A stretch of 64,000 nt of DNA. Origin: a virus. Taxonomy: Duplodnaviria > Caudoviricetes. The DNA lies in IMG/VR virus record IMGVR_UViG_2695420662_000003, positions 1 to 64,000 of that record. One strand, written 5' to 3'. Each line of letters begins with the position of its first letter. The first letter of the stretch is position 1. A program made the translations under genes and the position numbers. Of this stretch, positions 10,401 through 20,249 are shown piece after piece. A model generated the notes under the pieces. The model had not been told where the DNA came from, searched no databases, and worked only from the letters and a program-made list of their open reading frames with translations.

Positions 10401-10768
10401 CCCCTTTTTAACAATTCTTTATCGTTGTATATATTTCCTATAACTTCACATATATCGTGTTTAGCATACAAATCGAAACCACCATCATCTATAAAATACA
10501 TCCCATATCCAAATTTAATACTTCCTACTATATCCTCTTGATAATATTGAGAATGGAATTTAACAATATCTCCTTCGTATATTTCTTTACCTTTAATATC
10601 TTTTAGTCCAGTATATTGCATTAGTATAAAATCATCATTGGTTATAATACCACCAAAAGACTCTTCCATTACATTGCTACCATTCATTCCAAAATCATAT
10701 GTAAGTTCTGCATTGTAATACATTTTATTTTCAGATTTGTTCCACGTTCTAAATTTTATCTCCCTCAT
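10397..10768 (-). CDS. YopX-family phage protein
   Basis: MREIKFR, MQYTGLKD..GKEIYEGDIV, EVIGNIY. Confidence 0.92.
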   Translation of the reverse strand: MREIKFRTWNKSENKMYYNAELTYDFGMNGSNVMEESFGGIITNDDFILMQYTGLKDIKGKEIYEGDIVKFHSQYYQEDIVGSIKFGYGMYFIDDGGFDLYAKHDICEVIGNIYNDKELLKRG

Positions 10769-10769
10769 A

Positions 10770-11015
10770 TTATTTCACCTCTAGATTTCTTATTAAATGC
10801 ATAATTTCATCAATCTTATTACATACGTTTTCAAAGTCTTTTAATTCGGTAGATAATATTTCTCTTTTGACAAAAGATTGTAATGCAACCTTAAAATCTG
10901 TAAAATAACCTATATTTACGTAATTGCTATATTCACCATTCTCTTTTAAGTTTCTTCTTTGTAATACTATATTTAAATCATCTGAAACTATTTTGTATCT
11001 ATCATTTATTATCAT
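10770..11015 (-). CDS. Hypothetical phage protein
   Basis: Coupled ORF with RBS. Confidence 0.65.
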   Translation of the reverse strand: MIINDRYKIVSDDLNIVLQRRNLKENGEYSNYVNIGYFTDFKVALQSFVKREILSTELKDFENVCNKIDEIMHLIRNLEVK

Positions 11016-11250
11016 AATTAATCCTCCATTTTAAATTCATTATATTCTGAGTCTACATCTTTATAAAATTCCTTAGTACAATTTCTTTTATGATATTTAC
11101 ATGTTTCACATTCTCTATCATTACAAAATATGTTGAATAATTGATATTTCGATAATTTATATTTCATTCCAATCCTCCCTAATAAATTTTAATTTAACCT
11201 ATAAATAATTCAATAAGCCTATCTTGATTAATGTTTATGTGTATTATCCA

Positions 11251-12390
11251 CTAGGAAATTTTATTTCTAAATTCATTAAATATTTCATCTAACTCTTCTA
11301 TTCCATCGGAAGATAGCCACTTCCATTCCCATTTATCTTTCCATGCTTTATATTTATCTTCAATACTCAAATCATTCTCTACAAAATTACTTTTTATCTT
11401 CTGAAAAGTACAACTATTATCTATAAATCTTTTAGTTATAGAATTCACTAGTATTGGAGTAGCATTTGCATATTTAGTATTAACTGTAACCAGTTCTTCT
11501 TGCGTAGACACCGGAATCGCTTTATCCCCATGCTTTTCTTTAAACTCCACATAAATCTTCTCACCTATTTCGGCATCTTTTTCCTCATATCTCCAATCAC
11601 TTACTATATATCTTACATCTAACGCATCTTTATCAATTAATTCATTTAAACGAAAATTATTTTGCTCTTTCCACATTCTTGATGTAGTGTGATATATATC
11701 GTAACTATTTACTAAGTCTCTATCTCTACCTATATTTAAGTATTTTGGTAAAATATCATATCCGTATGACAATTCATCGTTGTCACCTATAAACAAACCA
11801 TTTACGAATAATTTACCCTTGAATTTATCATCTAGTAATATATTTCCGTATTTTGATTTTAATAAATTTTTCTTATATGTACTTTGTAAATGTAAGCATC
11901 TTTGTATTAATTCTTTATATATATCAATATTTATACCTTCTATTTCGATAGTTAAATTATTGTTAGGAATCTTCTTCCATATATGCTCTGTTTCAACATA
12001 TATAGTTAGTACCTTTTCACCTTCATATCTTCTAGATTTGACTAATTTAGAAGTCCACACCTCCCTTTTACCATAATTATATATTGTTACATTATATCCT
12101 AGTCTAGTTAATACTAATAATGCTATTTTATACCCTTCTCCAAATTGACCTATGGTATCCTCATCATTTTCCTTTGAAGTATAGCCTAGTAATAAAGTTT
12201 TCTTTTGCAATACTGAATTCTTATTCGATATGATTAATTTATTATTACCATCGTACTCTATACTCATATCATTATCCTCTACTTGTTTTTCTTGATCTAT
12301 AGCATTTTGTATTAATTCTCTTAGTGACTCTTGCACTCCCCATGTATTTGCATAACCACTAGTTAAACTTAACTCAAATTTTTGTTTCAT
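11251..12390 (-). CDS. GHKL (HATPase_c)-type ATPase domain protein
   Basis: LRELIQNAID, LLLGYTSK, IGQFGEGYKIA motifs. Confidence 0.8.
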   Translation of the reverse strand: MKQKFELSLTSGYANTWGVQESLRELIQNAIDQEKQVEDNDMSIEYDGNNKLIISNKNSVLQKKTLLLGYTSKENDEDTIGQFGEGYKIALLVLTRLGYNVTIYNYGKREVWTSKLVKSRRYEGEKVLTIYVETEHIWKKIPNNNLTIEIEGINIDIYKELIQRCLHLQSTYKKNLLKSKYGNILLDDKFKGKLFVNGLFIGDNDELSYGYDILPKYLNIGRDRDLVNSYDIYHTTSRMWKEQNNFRLNELIDKDALDVRYIVSDWRYEEKDAEIGEKIYVEFKEKHGDKAIPVSTQEELVTVNTKYANATPILVNSITKRFIDNSCTFQKIKSNFVENDLSIEDKYKAWKDKWEWKWLSSDGIEELDEIFNEFRNKIS

Positions 12391-12418
12391 TTTAACATCT
12401 CCCTATGAAATTACAGTT

Positions 12419-12979
12419 TTAAGTTAATTTTTTATTTATCCAAGCAACATCTAATGTCTTTGGATTTATATGTAATATATTTTTATTATGTTTTAATGCA
12501 TAGTTTATACAGTTCCAAGTTCCACCTTTTTTAATTCCATCCCAACATGCTATAATGTAATCTGAGTTGTCTACCATGAATTGATTTCTTAACTGCATTT
12601 TAGCAGCACTATATTCCCCTACTACGTTACCCCTAGGCTGATATCCTTCTATCTGATCTACATAATATAAATTATTTGCGATTTCTTTATAATCATTATA
12701 TTTATCTCTATCAGATTTAAACCACTTACAATCTTGTTTTCTAAATGGTATAGCCAGATTATTTTCTATGTCATATATACGACTTAATTGTCCAACTTGT
12801 TCAAAGGCCATCATATCGAACCCTATTGCTCCACCACTTAAAAACTCATTTACTCCACACTTTTTAATTAAGTTCTCGCACAGTTGATATAATAATCTAT
12901 TTAACTGATGATATTGTCTGTTATTCAAATTATAGCCATATAATTTATTAGGTCTGTGACCTGTAAAAGAACATCTCAT
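12419..12979 (-). CDS. SLOG-superfamily protein (YspA/DUF1273-like)
   Basis: FTGHRP, SGGAIGFD, RNQFMVDNSD, WDG..GGTWNC. Confidence 0.88.
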   Translation of the reverse strand: MRCSFTGHRPNKLYGYNLNNRQYHQLNRLLYQLCENLIKKCGVNEFLSGGAIGFDMMAFEQVGQLSRIYDIENNLAIPFRKQDCKWFKSDRDKYNDYKEIANNLYYVDQIEGYQPRGNVVGEYSAAKMQLRNQFMVDNSDYIIACWDGIKKGGTWNCINYALKHNKNILHINPKTLDVAWINKKLT

Positions 12980-13176
12980 ACTAAATTAATCCTCCGTATT
13001 CAATTTTCTAATTCCTAATACTAAAATTCCAATTACGATCAAACTCGGAATCCATATTAAACCCATCATATGCCAAAACGTTGAATTAAACGTTAAATCC
13101 AATATATTCATTTTTAATTCTCCTATCATATGTACTGTATAAGGTTAAGAAATCGTTGTCTTAACCTTATATTTAT

Positions 13177-13205
13177 ATTGTATGATAAGTTCATACTGTT
13201 GTCAA
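13177..13205 (-). promoter_or_regulatory. sigmaA promoter with 15-bp operator
   Basis: TTGACA-17-TACAAT; TATGATAAGTTCATA at 13181-13195; 13-bp perfect hairpin just downstream. Confidence 0.85.
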
Positions 13206-13213
13206 TTATTATT

Positions 13214-15238
13214 TTATAATATTTCAATATTTTTTATTATTTGATTCTTCCATGTTATTATGTTAACTCCTTGAGTATTTCTAGTTGATTTAGTAGTTGT
13301 ATCTTTTAAATCTATAACTTTTTCTCTACCATCAGTCACAGTAAGCTTTAATTTTACATCGTCATCTTTGAATGTAAGTATATCAAATACTTCATTATTA
13401 CTTAATGAATTTGCAAGTTTAGATCTCATTTGTTTGGTTGCAAATGATGATATATCTACTTTGGCAAGTTTATTATTTTTATATATTACACATATGTACT
13501 TATTACCTTCATTTAATATAGACATTCCTAATACATCACACCCTATTACATTAGGCAGATATTGACCTAGATTGCTAAGTTTATCCTCTTGTAATGTATG
13601 CAATTTAAACTTATAACAACATAAGTCTGATCCAAATACTAATAATTCGTCCTTATTATTGCATTCTAATACAGTTTTAATGCTGTCTCCGTCTTTAAGT
13701 TTATTATTACCTTTATTAGATATAGATTTTACCTTTTTAAAATATCCTGATTCCGTTAAATAACATACGCAATTATAGTCATCGACTAATAATTCTTCAA
13801 CTTTTGTTTTATTTTCTTCCACATCTATAATAGGAGTTTTTCTATCATAGTGATATTCTCTACCTAATTCCCTTAATTGAGTAGCTAGTAACTCCCTTAA
13901 TTGATCTTCATCGGTTAACAAAATATCTATATGCTTTATTTTATCTTCTAAATCTTTTATCTTTTTCAACTGTTTATCTATATTATTTTTTGATATATTC
14001 CTTAGTTTCATATTAGAAATATATTCAGCTTGATCCAATGTTAAGTCGAAGACTTCTTGGAGATTTTTTATTATATCCTCATCCGTTTTTGATTTTTTTA
14101 TTATATCTATACATTTATCTATATCTATTAATATCTTTTCTAAGCCTCTTAAGAATAGCAACTCTTTTGATATTTGTTCTTTATCATATGTAAATATCCT
14201 TTTTACGGTAGACAACCTAAACTCACACCAATGTTCAAGTATTTGCTTTACTCCTAATACTTGAGGTTTGTCATTGTGTAATACTGTAAAATTACAATTA
14301 AAAGTATCCTGTAATGTCGTCATTGTAAATAACTTATCTACAACGGATTGTTTGTCTGCGTTCTTCTTAACCTCTATTGTTAAGTTAAGTCCATCTCGTC
14401 CTGTAAAGTTATTTACATCTGTGATCTCTTTAAATTTCCCTAATTTAATTAAATCCAATACCTTCTCCTCAATTTGTTCTACTGTAGTTGTATAAGGTAT
14501 TTCTGTAAATATTATATTATTATCTTTGAAATGATATTTACCTCTAAGTCTAAACGAACCTCTGCCCGTATCATGTATTTGCTTTGCAATTTTATCATCT
14601 TTAATTATAAAACCATATGTACTAAAATCTGGATACATTACGAAAGATTCCTCTTTCAACATTACTCTTGCAGTATTCTCACATAACTCCTGCATATTAT
14701 AACCACATATCGTGGATGCTACACCTACCGCAACACCTTTATTAGCATTAGCTAAAACCAATGGAAATGATACAGGTAGCACACATGGTTCTTTCATAGA
14801 GTTATCATAATTATCTTTGAAGTCTACACTATTTTTGTTTATTCCATTCAGTAACTCTTTGGTTACTTTTGCCAATCTCATTTCTGTATATCTTGATGCA
14901 CCAGGTTGCACATCTCTCATGTTTATAGATGAAAACGAACCTTTCCCATCTATAAGATTTAAGTTCACACTATCATTTGCTAGTCTTACCGCAGCACCAT
15001 AAACAGACGTATCTCCATGAGGCGAAAGTCTCATAACGCTCGAACATGCTTTTGCTGATTTTGTTCTATTCTTATCGTGTGTAAGTTTATCTAAATACAT
15101 AGAGTATATTAATCTTCTATGTATTGGTTTACATCCATCTCTTAAATCAACTATCGCTCTGTCTGTAATTGTATATTTTGCATATTCCATACAATATTGA
15201 TTTAAAAAGTCTTCCATTTGCACTATTTTTTTATTCAT
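13214..15238 (-). CDS. Type IIA topoisomerase A subunit (GyrA/ParC family)
   Basis: DRAIVDLRDGCKPIHRR, PHGD, ASRYTE catalytic Tyr; start moved to ATG 15238 after GGAGG; no clear GyrA-box. Confidence 0.93.
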   Translation of the reverse strand: MNKKIVQMEDFLNQYCMEYAKYTITDRAIVDLRDGCKPIHRRLIYSMYLDKLTHDKNRTKSAKACSSVMRLSPHGDTSVYGAAVRLANDSVNLNLIDGKGSFSSINMRDVQPGASRYTEMRLAKVTKELLNGINKNSVDFKDNYDNSMKEPCVLPVSFPLVLANANKGVAVGVASTICGYNMQELCENTARVMLKEESFVMYPDFSTYGFIIKDDKIAKQIHDTGRGSFRLRGKYHFKDNNIIFTEIPYTTTVEQIEEKVLDLIKLGKFKEITDVNNFTGRDGLNLTIEVKKNADKQSVVDKLFTMTTLQDTFNCNFTVLHNDKPQVLGVKQILEHWCEFRLSTVKRIFTYDKEQISKELLFLRGLEKILIDIDKCIDIIKKSKTDEDIIKNLQEVFDLTLDQAEYISNMKLRNISKNNIDKQLKKIKDLEDKIKHIDILLTDEDQLRELLATQLRELGREYHYDRKTPIIDVEENKTKVEELLVDDYNCVCYLTESGYFKKVKSISNKGNNKLKDGDSIKTVLECNNKDELLVFGSDLCCYKFKLHTLQEDKLSNLGQYLPNVIGCDVLGMSILNEGNKYICVIYKNNKLAKVDISSFATKQMRSKLANSLSNNEVFDILTFKDDDVKLKLTVTDGREKVIDLKDTTTKSTRNTQGVNIITWKNQIIKNIEIL

Positions 15239-15260
15239 ATGTACTGTTCCTCCAGAATCA

Positions 15261-16049
15261 TTAATCATCAATTTCAACGTTATATGAAAGTAGTGATTCA
15301 TATAATCTTTTAGGTATAAAATTTTTATAGTAGTTTGCTAATTCTTTTATATATTTTTCTTTATATTTTTTATATGTATAAAATGCGTCATTCTTATCTT
15401 CGAAATAACCTAATACTTTTCTTTGCTTCTTCTTGGTGTTAAAATTATAATAACTCAACTGAACTTTTATTTTTTCATTATACATATAACATCCTATTGG
15501 TAATTTACCACGAATGGCCTCATTTTTTGTAAATGTATTATTTAAAGTCTGAGGTACAAATACACAAGTATCCGGTGAATAAACTTTATTTCCCTTAACT
15601 AGTATATCTTTATCCAAACACATTTTCTCTCCATCTACTTCATAATAATTTTCCTCATACCACTTAGCAAAATTCTGAAAATTATGCCACTCCTCACAAA
15701 CCGTTACATCTTTATATGCCGGGTGTTTTTGTTTATATCTCTCGCAATAACCTCTACGCAAAATACCTTTCCATGTATCATAGCATTTTGTTTGTTTCTT
15801 ATTCTCAGCTATACTTTTATATTTGCCAACTCCTAAATAACCCTTGTTATAAACAATTGGCCTATTTGGATTCTTTATGTTCCCCAATTTAAATTCATAG
15901 TATCTTGTTTTTATCTTCGTCTTATGTACATCCTCAAACTCTACTGTTATATCATCGTTATTTATATATTCTACTATCGTCATTTTCTCACCTTTTTTCG
16001 AGTAAGAAACATCCCCTATCCTATTTATTAGTTTTCCCAATATAACCAC
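15261..16049 (-). CDS. Free-standing putative homing endonuclease (HNH-like) between topoisomerase subunits
   Basis: YDTWKGIL, VTVCEEWHNFQNFAKW, LDKDIL..GNKVYSPDTCVFVP, AP2-like LGYF C-terminus. Confidence 0.75.
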   Translation of the reverse strand: MVILGKLINRIGDVSYSKKGEKMTIVEYINNDDITVEFEDVHKTKIKTRYYEFKLGNIKNPNRPIVYNKGYLGVGKYKSIAENKKQTKCYDTWKGILRRGYCERYKQKHPAYKDVTVCEEWHNFQNFAKWYEENYYEVDGEKMCLDKDILVKGNKVYSPDTCVFVPQTLNNTFTKNEAIRGKLPIGCYMYNEKIKVQLSYYNFNTKKKQRKVLGYFEDKNDAFYTYKKYKEKYIKELANYYKNFIPKRLYESLLSYNVEIDD

Positions 16050-16051
16050 CT

Positions 16052-18015
16052 CTACTCTACAAGATTTACTCTATCAAAGTTTTCGACTATATAATCATAT
16101 CTAGGTTTTACATCTTTACCCATATGTAGATGTAATGTCTTCAATACTTCCTCATAATTATCCGCTCTCACTTGAATTTTATTTCTGTAATTATCTTGTA
16201 AACACATTTGCATTCCCTCTTTCGTGCATTCCGCCAACCCTTTAACGTAGTTAACTTTGTATCTTTTACCTTGCAGACTTTTTAAAATAGATTCTAATTC
16301 ATCTTCATCTACTGCGTAATGCATTTTATCATCTTTTATCTCTTGAATCTCGTATAGGGGTGTTTTTATAATATGTACTATTCCTTTTTGTACTACTTCG
16401 GGTACAACTGTATTAAACATTGTTAAAAGCAAAGGGGCTATGCTCCCCATACCATCAATATCTGCATCTGTAACTATATATATTTCATCATATCTAGCAC
16501 TATCAATATTAAACTGTATTATATCTTTATTTTTCTTTTTTGCATTTTTAGTTTCACTTATTTCTACACCATACGCTCTAAGTATATTTAATATAATTTC
16601 ATCATTTAAAATTTTATCTACTCCTGATTTCAACGCATTGGTCATTTTACCTCTTATACACATTATTGCAACATTATCTGGTCTAGCAAATAGTAAGCTG
16701 GACAATGCTGATTTCCCTTCACATATGGCAAATGCCTTTTTACCGTCTTTATTTTTACACTCATATAATCCTTGTATCTTGTTTAATACATCTATCTTCT
16801 TGGTTAATTTTTCCTTTAAATTTTGTCTTGCTTGTATATTTACATCGTTAGCCCTCTTACATATCAGGATTTGATCTACCATACGCTTAAAAGCTTTCTG
16901 ATTCTCTAATTTATATACCTCTAATTGTTCCTGGATATATTCTTTTCCTATTTGCTTATAATATTCTTTCTTTGTACTAAATTTAACCTGTGATTCAAAT
17001 TCAACTAAGTTATTAAATAATCTACATACAAAAGATATTGCATTTTCTATATCTTGAGATGATAACCCCTTTTCCTTCTTTTTATAAAGATTATTTTCTT
17101 TACAATATCTATTTACATATATTTTAAATCCATCTATTACCCCATCATATATCGTTCCATGTTCTTTTAAATAGTTTCCATTAAGCATTGTTTCTTGCAT
17201 TGGAAGTTCACTTGAGCAAGCACCGAATACAACTTGTATATCTGCTATTTCTTTTGCCGTATCTTTTATTCCTTTACGTTCGACCTCTATATCTCTTTCG
17301 AATCTTTTTTGTGAACACGTATATGATTCTCCTATTATATCTGTACTGTATTTATCAAAGTATTCAGATATATCGTGATTAAAAGAAACTGTATTATTTT
17401 TATATGTAAAATTAAAAGTTATATTTTCAGATATCATAGATACTCTTCTTATTATATCTTCTACTTCTTTCTCATTGAATATAACCTCTGTATAAACAGT
17501 ATCATCTAATTTAAATGTAATCTCTGTGCCATGTTTATCTGTATCTCCTAAACATGTTAAAGGAGTTGTTATTTCTCCTCCATTCTCATATACTATTTCA
17601 TATGACTTACCGATAGATTTCATATGTGATAAACATTTAAAATAAACGCTTGAAAATTGAAGAATAGTATTCCCTACACCATTAACTCCTGAGTTAGTGC
17701 TTTCTGATACATCGTATTTCCCACTTGCAAACAATGTTTCAAATAATAATTTTGTATTCTCATATGTGCTTATTGGAATCCCTCTGCCCGTATCTCTTAC
17801 TGTCATAGTTCTATTATCATCACTCAATACAACTTCAATTTCACCTTTATCAAAATTATTTAATATTTCGTCACAGGAATTATTCAGAGACACTCCCTGA
17901 ATCCATGATAGAAGTTATCATATGATCCATAAAATACTGGTAATTTTTCTCTCGCTTTTTCTCTTTCTGATAATGCTCTTATATTATCTTGTTTAAGTTC
18001 TTTATTATTTTTCAT
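16052..18015 (-). CDS. Type IIA topoisomerase B subunit (GyrB/ParE family) with internal frame break at about 17884-17889
   Basis: 43-codon ORF 18015-17884 (..YHGFRECL-stop) continues in another frame as NNSCDE..DTGRGIP..SGVNGVG..EGKSA..TDADIDG..KGLAE. Confidence 0.9.
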
Positions 18016-19003
18016 ATTTAATTCCCTCCATTTTTATTATATCCTCTAAAGAATGTTTTTTAGTTTTAGTCCTTAATGTACTATAATTTATTTTTAGACA
18101 TTCAGACCATTCTACTAAAGTTTTTACTTCACCATTATATTCTATATATCTATTTATAGTTTTGTTTCTGCCTTGCTCTATATCTGTAGCCCATCTACAA
18201 TTATTAGGTTCATAATTTCCGTTAACATCTATTCTATCAATGGATAATTTGTCATTATACCCATTAGTCATAGCCCAATTATAGAATTTTATAAAATCAT
18301 CCTTCCACTCATCACAAACAGTAATACCTCTGCCGCCATAGTTTTGAAAATTTTTCGATTTTTTATAATAGCATCTTTGTTTCATAGCAGTCCATATATT
18401 ATGTATTCTGGTTCTAGTTAATCCATGTGTTAAATTCGCTTTATTTTCGTATTTTAAGCATCCACATGATTTTGTTTTGCCACTTAAAAGATCACTTCTT
18501 CTTACATCGCATTTATTCCCACATTCGCACATACAAAGATAGTGCCTATAATGAGAGCTGTCCCTAATTTCAGACAATACCGTTAGCCTTCCAAATGTAT
18601 TACCATTTAAATCCAACTCTTTTTCTTTGCATATTTTACACTTACTTGACTTTTGAATGTTATGATAAAATGAACTAAATTTATTACCACAACCACATTC
18701 CCATATGTACTTCTTTCTTTTATTTTTATAATAATATTCCATATCTATAGCTTTAATCGTTATGTTCCCAAGTACCTCTCCGATATGTTTATCATTATAT
18801 AGTTTATCCTTCCAATTGCAATCAACACATCTTGTAGATTTTCCTGCTATAAGACTTGTCTGATCTACATCGTATTCATGTCCACAATCACATTTGCATC
18901 TCCAGTAAGTATGGTTATTCTTTCGTTCTTTTAGTCTGTATAATACTGTCCAACTTCCAAATTTGTTGTTTTCCAAATTATATTTGCCTTTATTTTTCTC
19001 CAA
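18005..19003 (-). CDS. HNH-type homing endonuclease with repeated CxCxCG modules
   Basis: WRCKCDCG, FGRLTV, KSCGC, WTAMKQRC, YGGRGITVCDEW, SIDRIDVNGNYEPNNCRW. Confidence 0.85.
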   Translation of the reverse strand: MEKNKGKYNLENNKFGSWTVLYRLKERKNNHTYWRCKCDCGHEYDVDQTSLIAGKSTRCVDCNWKDKLYNDKHIGEVLGNITIKAIDMEYYYKNKRKKYIWECGCGNKFSSFYHNIQKSSKCKICKEKELDLNGNTFGRLTVLSEIRDSSHYRHYLCMCECGNKCDVRRSDLLSGKTKSCGCLKYENKANLTHGLTRTRIHNIWTAMKQRCYYKKSKNFQNYGGRGITVCDEWKDDFIKFYNWAMTNGYNDKLSIDRIDVNGNYEPNNCRWATDIEQGRNKTINRYIEYNGEVKTLVEWSECLKINYSTLRTKTKKHSLEDIIKMEGIKYEK

Positions 19004-19103
19004 ATAAAATCCTCCTTTTATCTATTAAATTGTTTAATTAAAATTGCCTTATATGGCATTCCCCGTTTAAATATGTACTCGGTTACTCATTAACCTTAAC
19101 TAA

Positions 19104-19133
19104 ATAATATCATACCTTATCATACCTTGTCAA
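19104..19133 (-). promoter_or_regulatory. sigmaA promoter with direct-repeat TATCATAC half-sites
   Basis: TTGACA and extended -10 TGnTATTAT; TATCATACCT twice in spacer. Confidence 0.7.
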
Positions 19134-19156
19134 CCAACTTTTTCTAAAAAAACAAA

Positions 19157-19190
19157 AAATAAACCCATGTTATCCAAACCGGGTTTATTT
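19157..19190 (-). terminator. Terminator downstream of mazF
   Basis: AAATAAACCC..GGGTTTATTT inverted repeat followed by T-run on - strand. Confidence 0.65.
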
Positions 19191-19237
19191 CTATTACAAA
19201 CATTCTATATAAAATTATATTAGTCATATGTAAGATT

Positions 19238-19597
19238 TTATTTAGCGTACATTCCAAAAGATGTTTGTAATGCTGTCACTACTTCCATCATTGTATAATC
19301 ATCAACTTTTCCTTTATAATCTCTTAATCGTTTCTTATCTATTGTTCTAACTTGCTCTAGCAAAATAACGGAATCATCTTTTAAGAAATCAAATTTTTTC
19401 TTGGATAAAGGTATATGAGTAGGTAATTTCGCCTTTTTAACCTGTGATGTTATTGCCGCAACTATCGTAGTTGGACTAAATTTGTTACCATGATTGTTCT
19501 GAATTATTAGAACCGGTCTTATACCGCCCTGTTCTGAATGTAAAACGGGGCTAAGATCTGCATAGTAAACTTCCCCTTGTAATATTTCTCCATTCAT
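19238..19597 (-). CDS. mazF: MazF/PemK (EndoA/NdoA-like) endoribonuclease, no adjacent recognisable antitoxin
   Basis: [64 protein letters not shown], closely matching Firmicute EndoA. Confidence 0.95.
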   Translation of the reverse strand: MNGEILQGEVYYADLSPVLHSEQGGIRPVLIIQNNHGNKFSPTTIVAAITSQVKKAKLPTHIPLSKKKFDFLKDDSVILLEQVRTIDKKRLRDYKGKVDDYTMMEVVTALQTSFGMYAK

Positions 19598-19689
19598 AAA
19601 TTAAATTCTCCTATTCTGTAAATTTTTTATGATAATACTATATTCCAAATTTGTGAGAATGTTACATAGATTATAGGGATATTTTAAAT

Positions 19690-19989
19690 TTACCCTATAA
19701 TCTCTATTTCATCAACGTCATCATGATATATTAAACGGTTATGAAAATCGTCATATTCAGGTCTTGTACTTAATTTATGATATATATCTTTGAGCATTCG
19801 CACTCCCTTACGATACTCATTCTCATCGTCAAAGTTTACAACCTCTATATTTACCATAATATGACCATGATATGATGCTAATTGATTCGGAAGCACTCTA
19901 TGCTCAACTAAAAGCAATTCTAATTCTCCCACTTTAGAATCGTAAATGCATTCCGTAGTATCTAAACATTCACACATAAAGTAGCACAC
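19690..19989 (-). CDS. Hypothetical acidic protein upstream of mazF
   Basis: GTG start after AAGGAG; no RHH/AbrB pattern. Confidence 0.6.
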   Translation of the reverse strand: MCYFMCECLDTTECIYDSKVGELELLLVEHRVLPNQLASYHGHIMVNIEVVNFDDENEYRKGVRMLKDIYHKLSTRPEYDDFHNRLIYHDDVDEIEIIG

Positions 19990-20071
19990 TCCTTACTTTT
20001 ATAATTTAATTTGTTTACTACTTATTCAAAGTATAATATGATTAAGCGTTCGATGTCAATTGAATAATAAA

Positions 20072-20182
20072 AAATACTGTATAGAAATTTTCCAAGTAAT
20101 CCCAGGGTTTCGAACATATGTACTATCATAAATACCTTATATTCATATATTACCCTAATACTAAAATTTCTATACAGTATTT
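20072..20182. repeat. Perfect 20-bp inverted repeat with 71-nt spacer
   Basis: AAATACTGTATAGAAATTTT (20072-20091) and its reverse complement (20163-20182). Confidence 0.9.
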
Positions 20183-20249
20183 GTAATAAAAATAAAATTA
20201 TTTTATATGTAGAAAATTGTAAACTTTTAGAAAATTACATTAAAAATTA

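Noticed and set aside
15239-15301. N-terminal extension of the topoisomerase A ORF
   Set aside because: Overlaps the upstream endonuclease gene; GGAGG precedes ATG 15238
16052-17893. GTG at 17893 as the true start of the topoisomerase B subunit
   Set aside because: Would omit the N-terminal segment and catalytic Glu, which are encoded just upstream in another frame with a proper RBS
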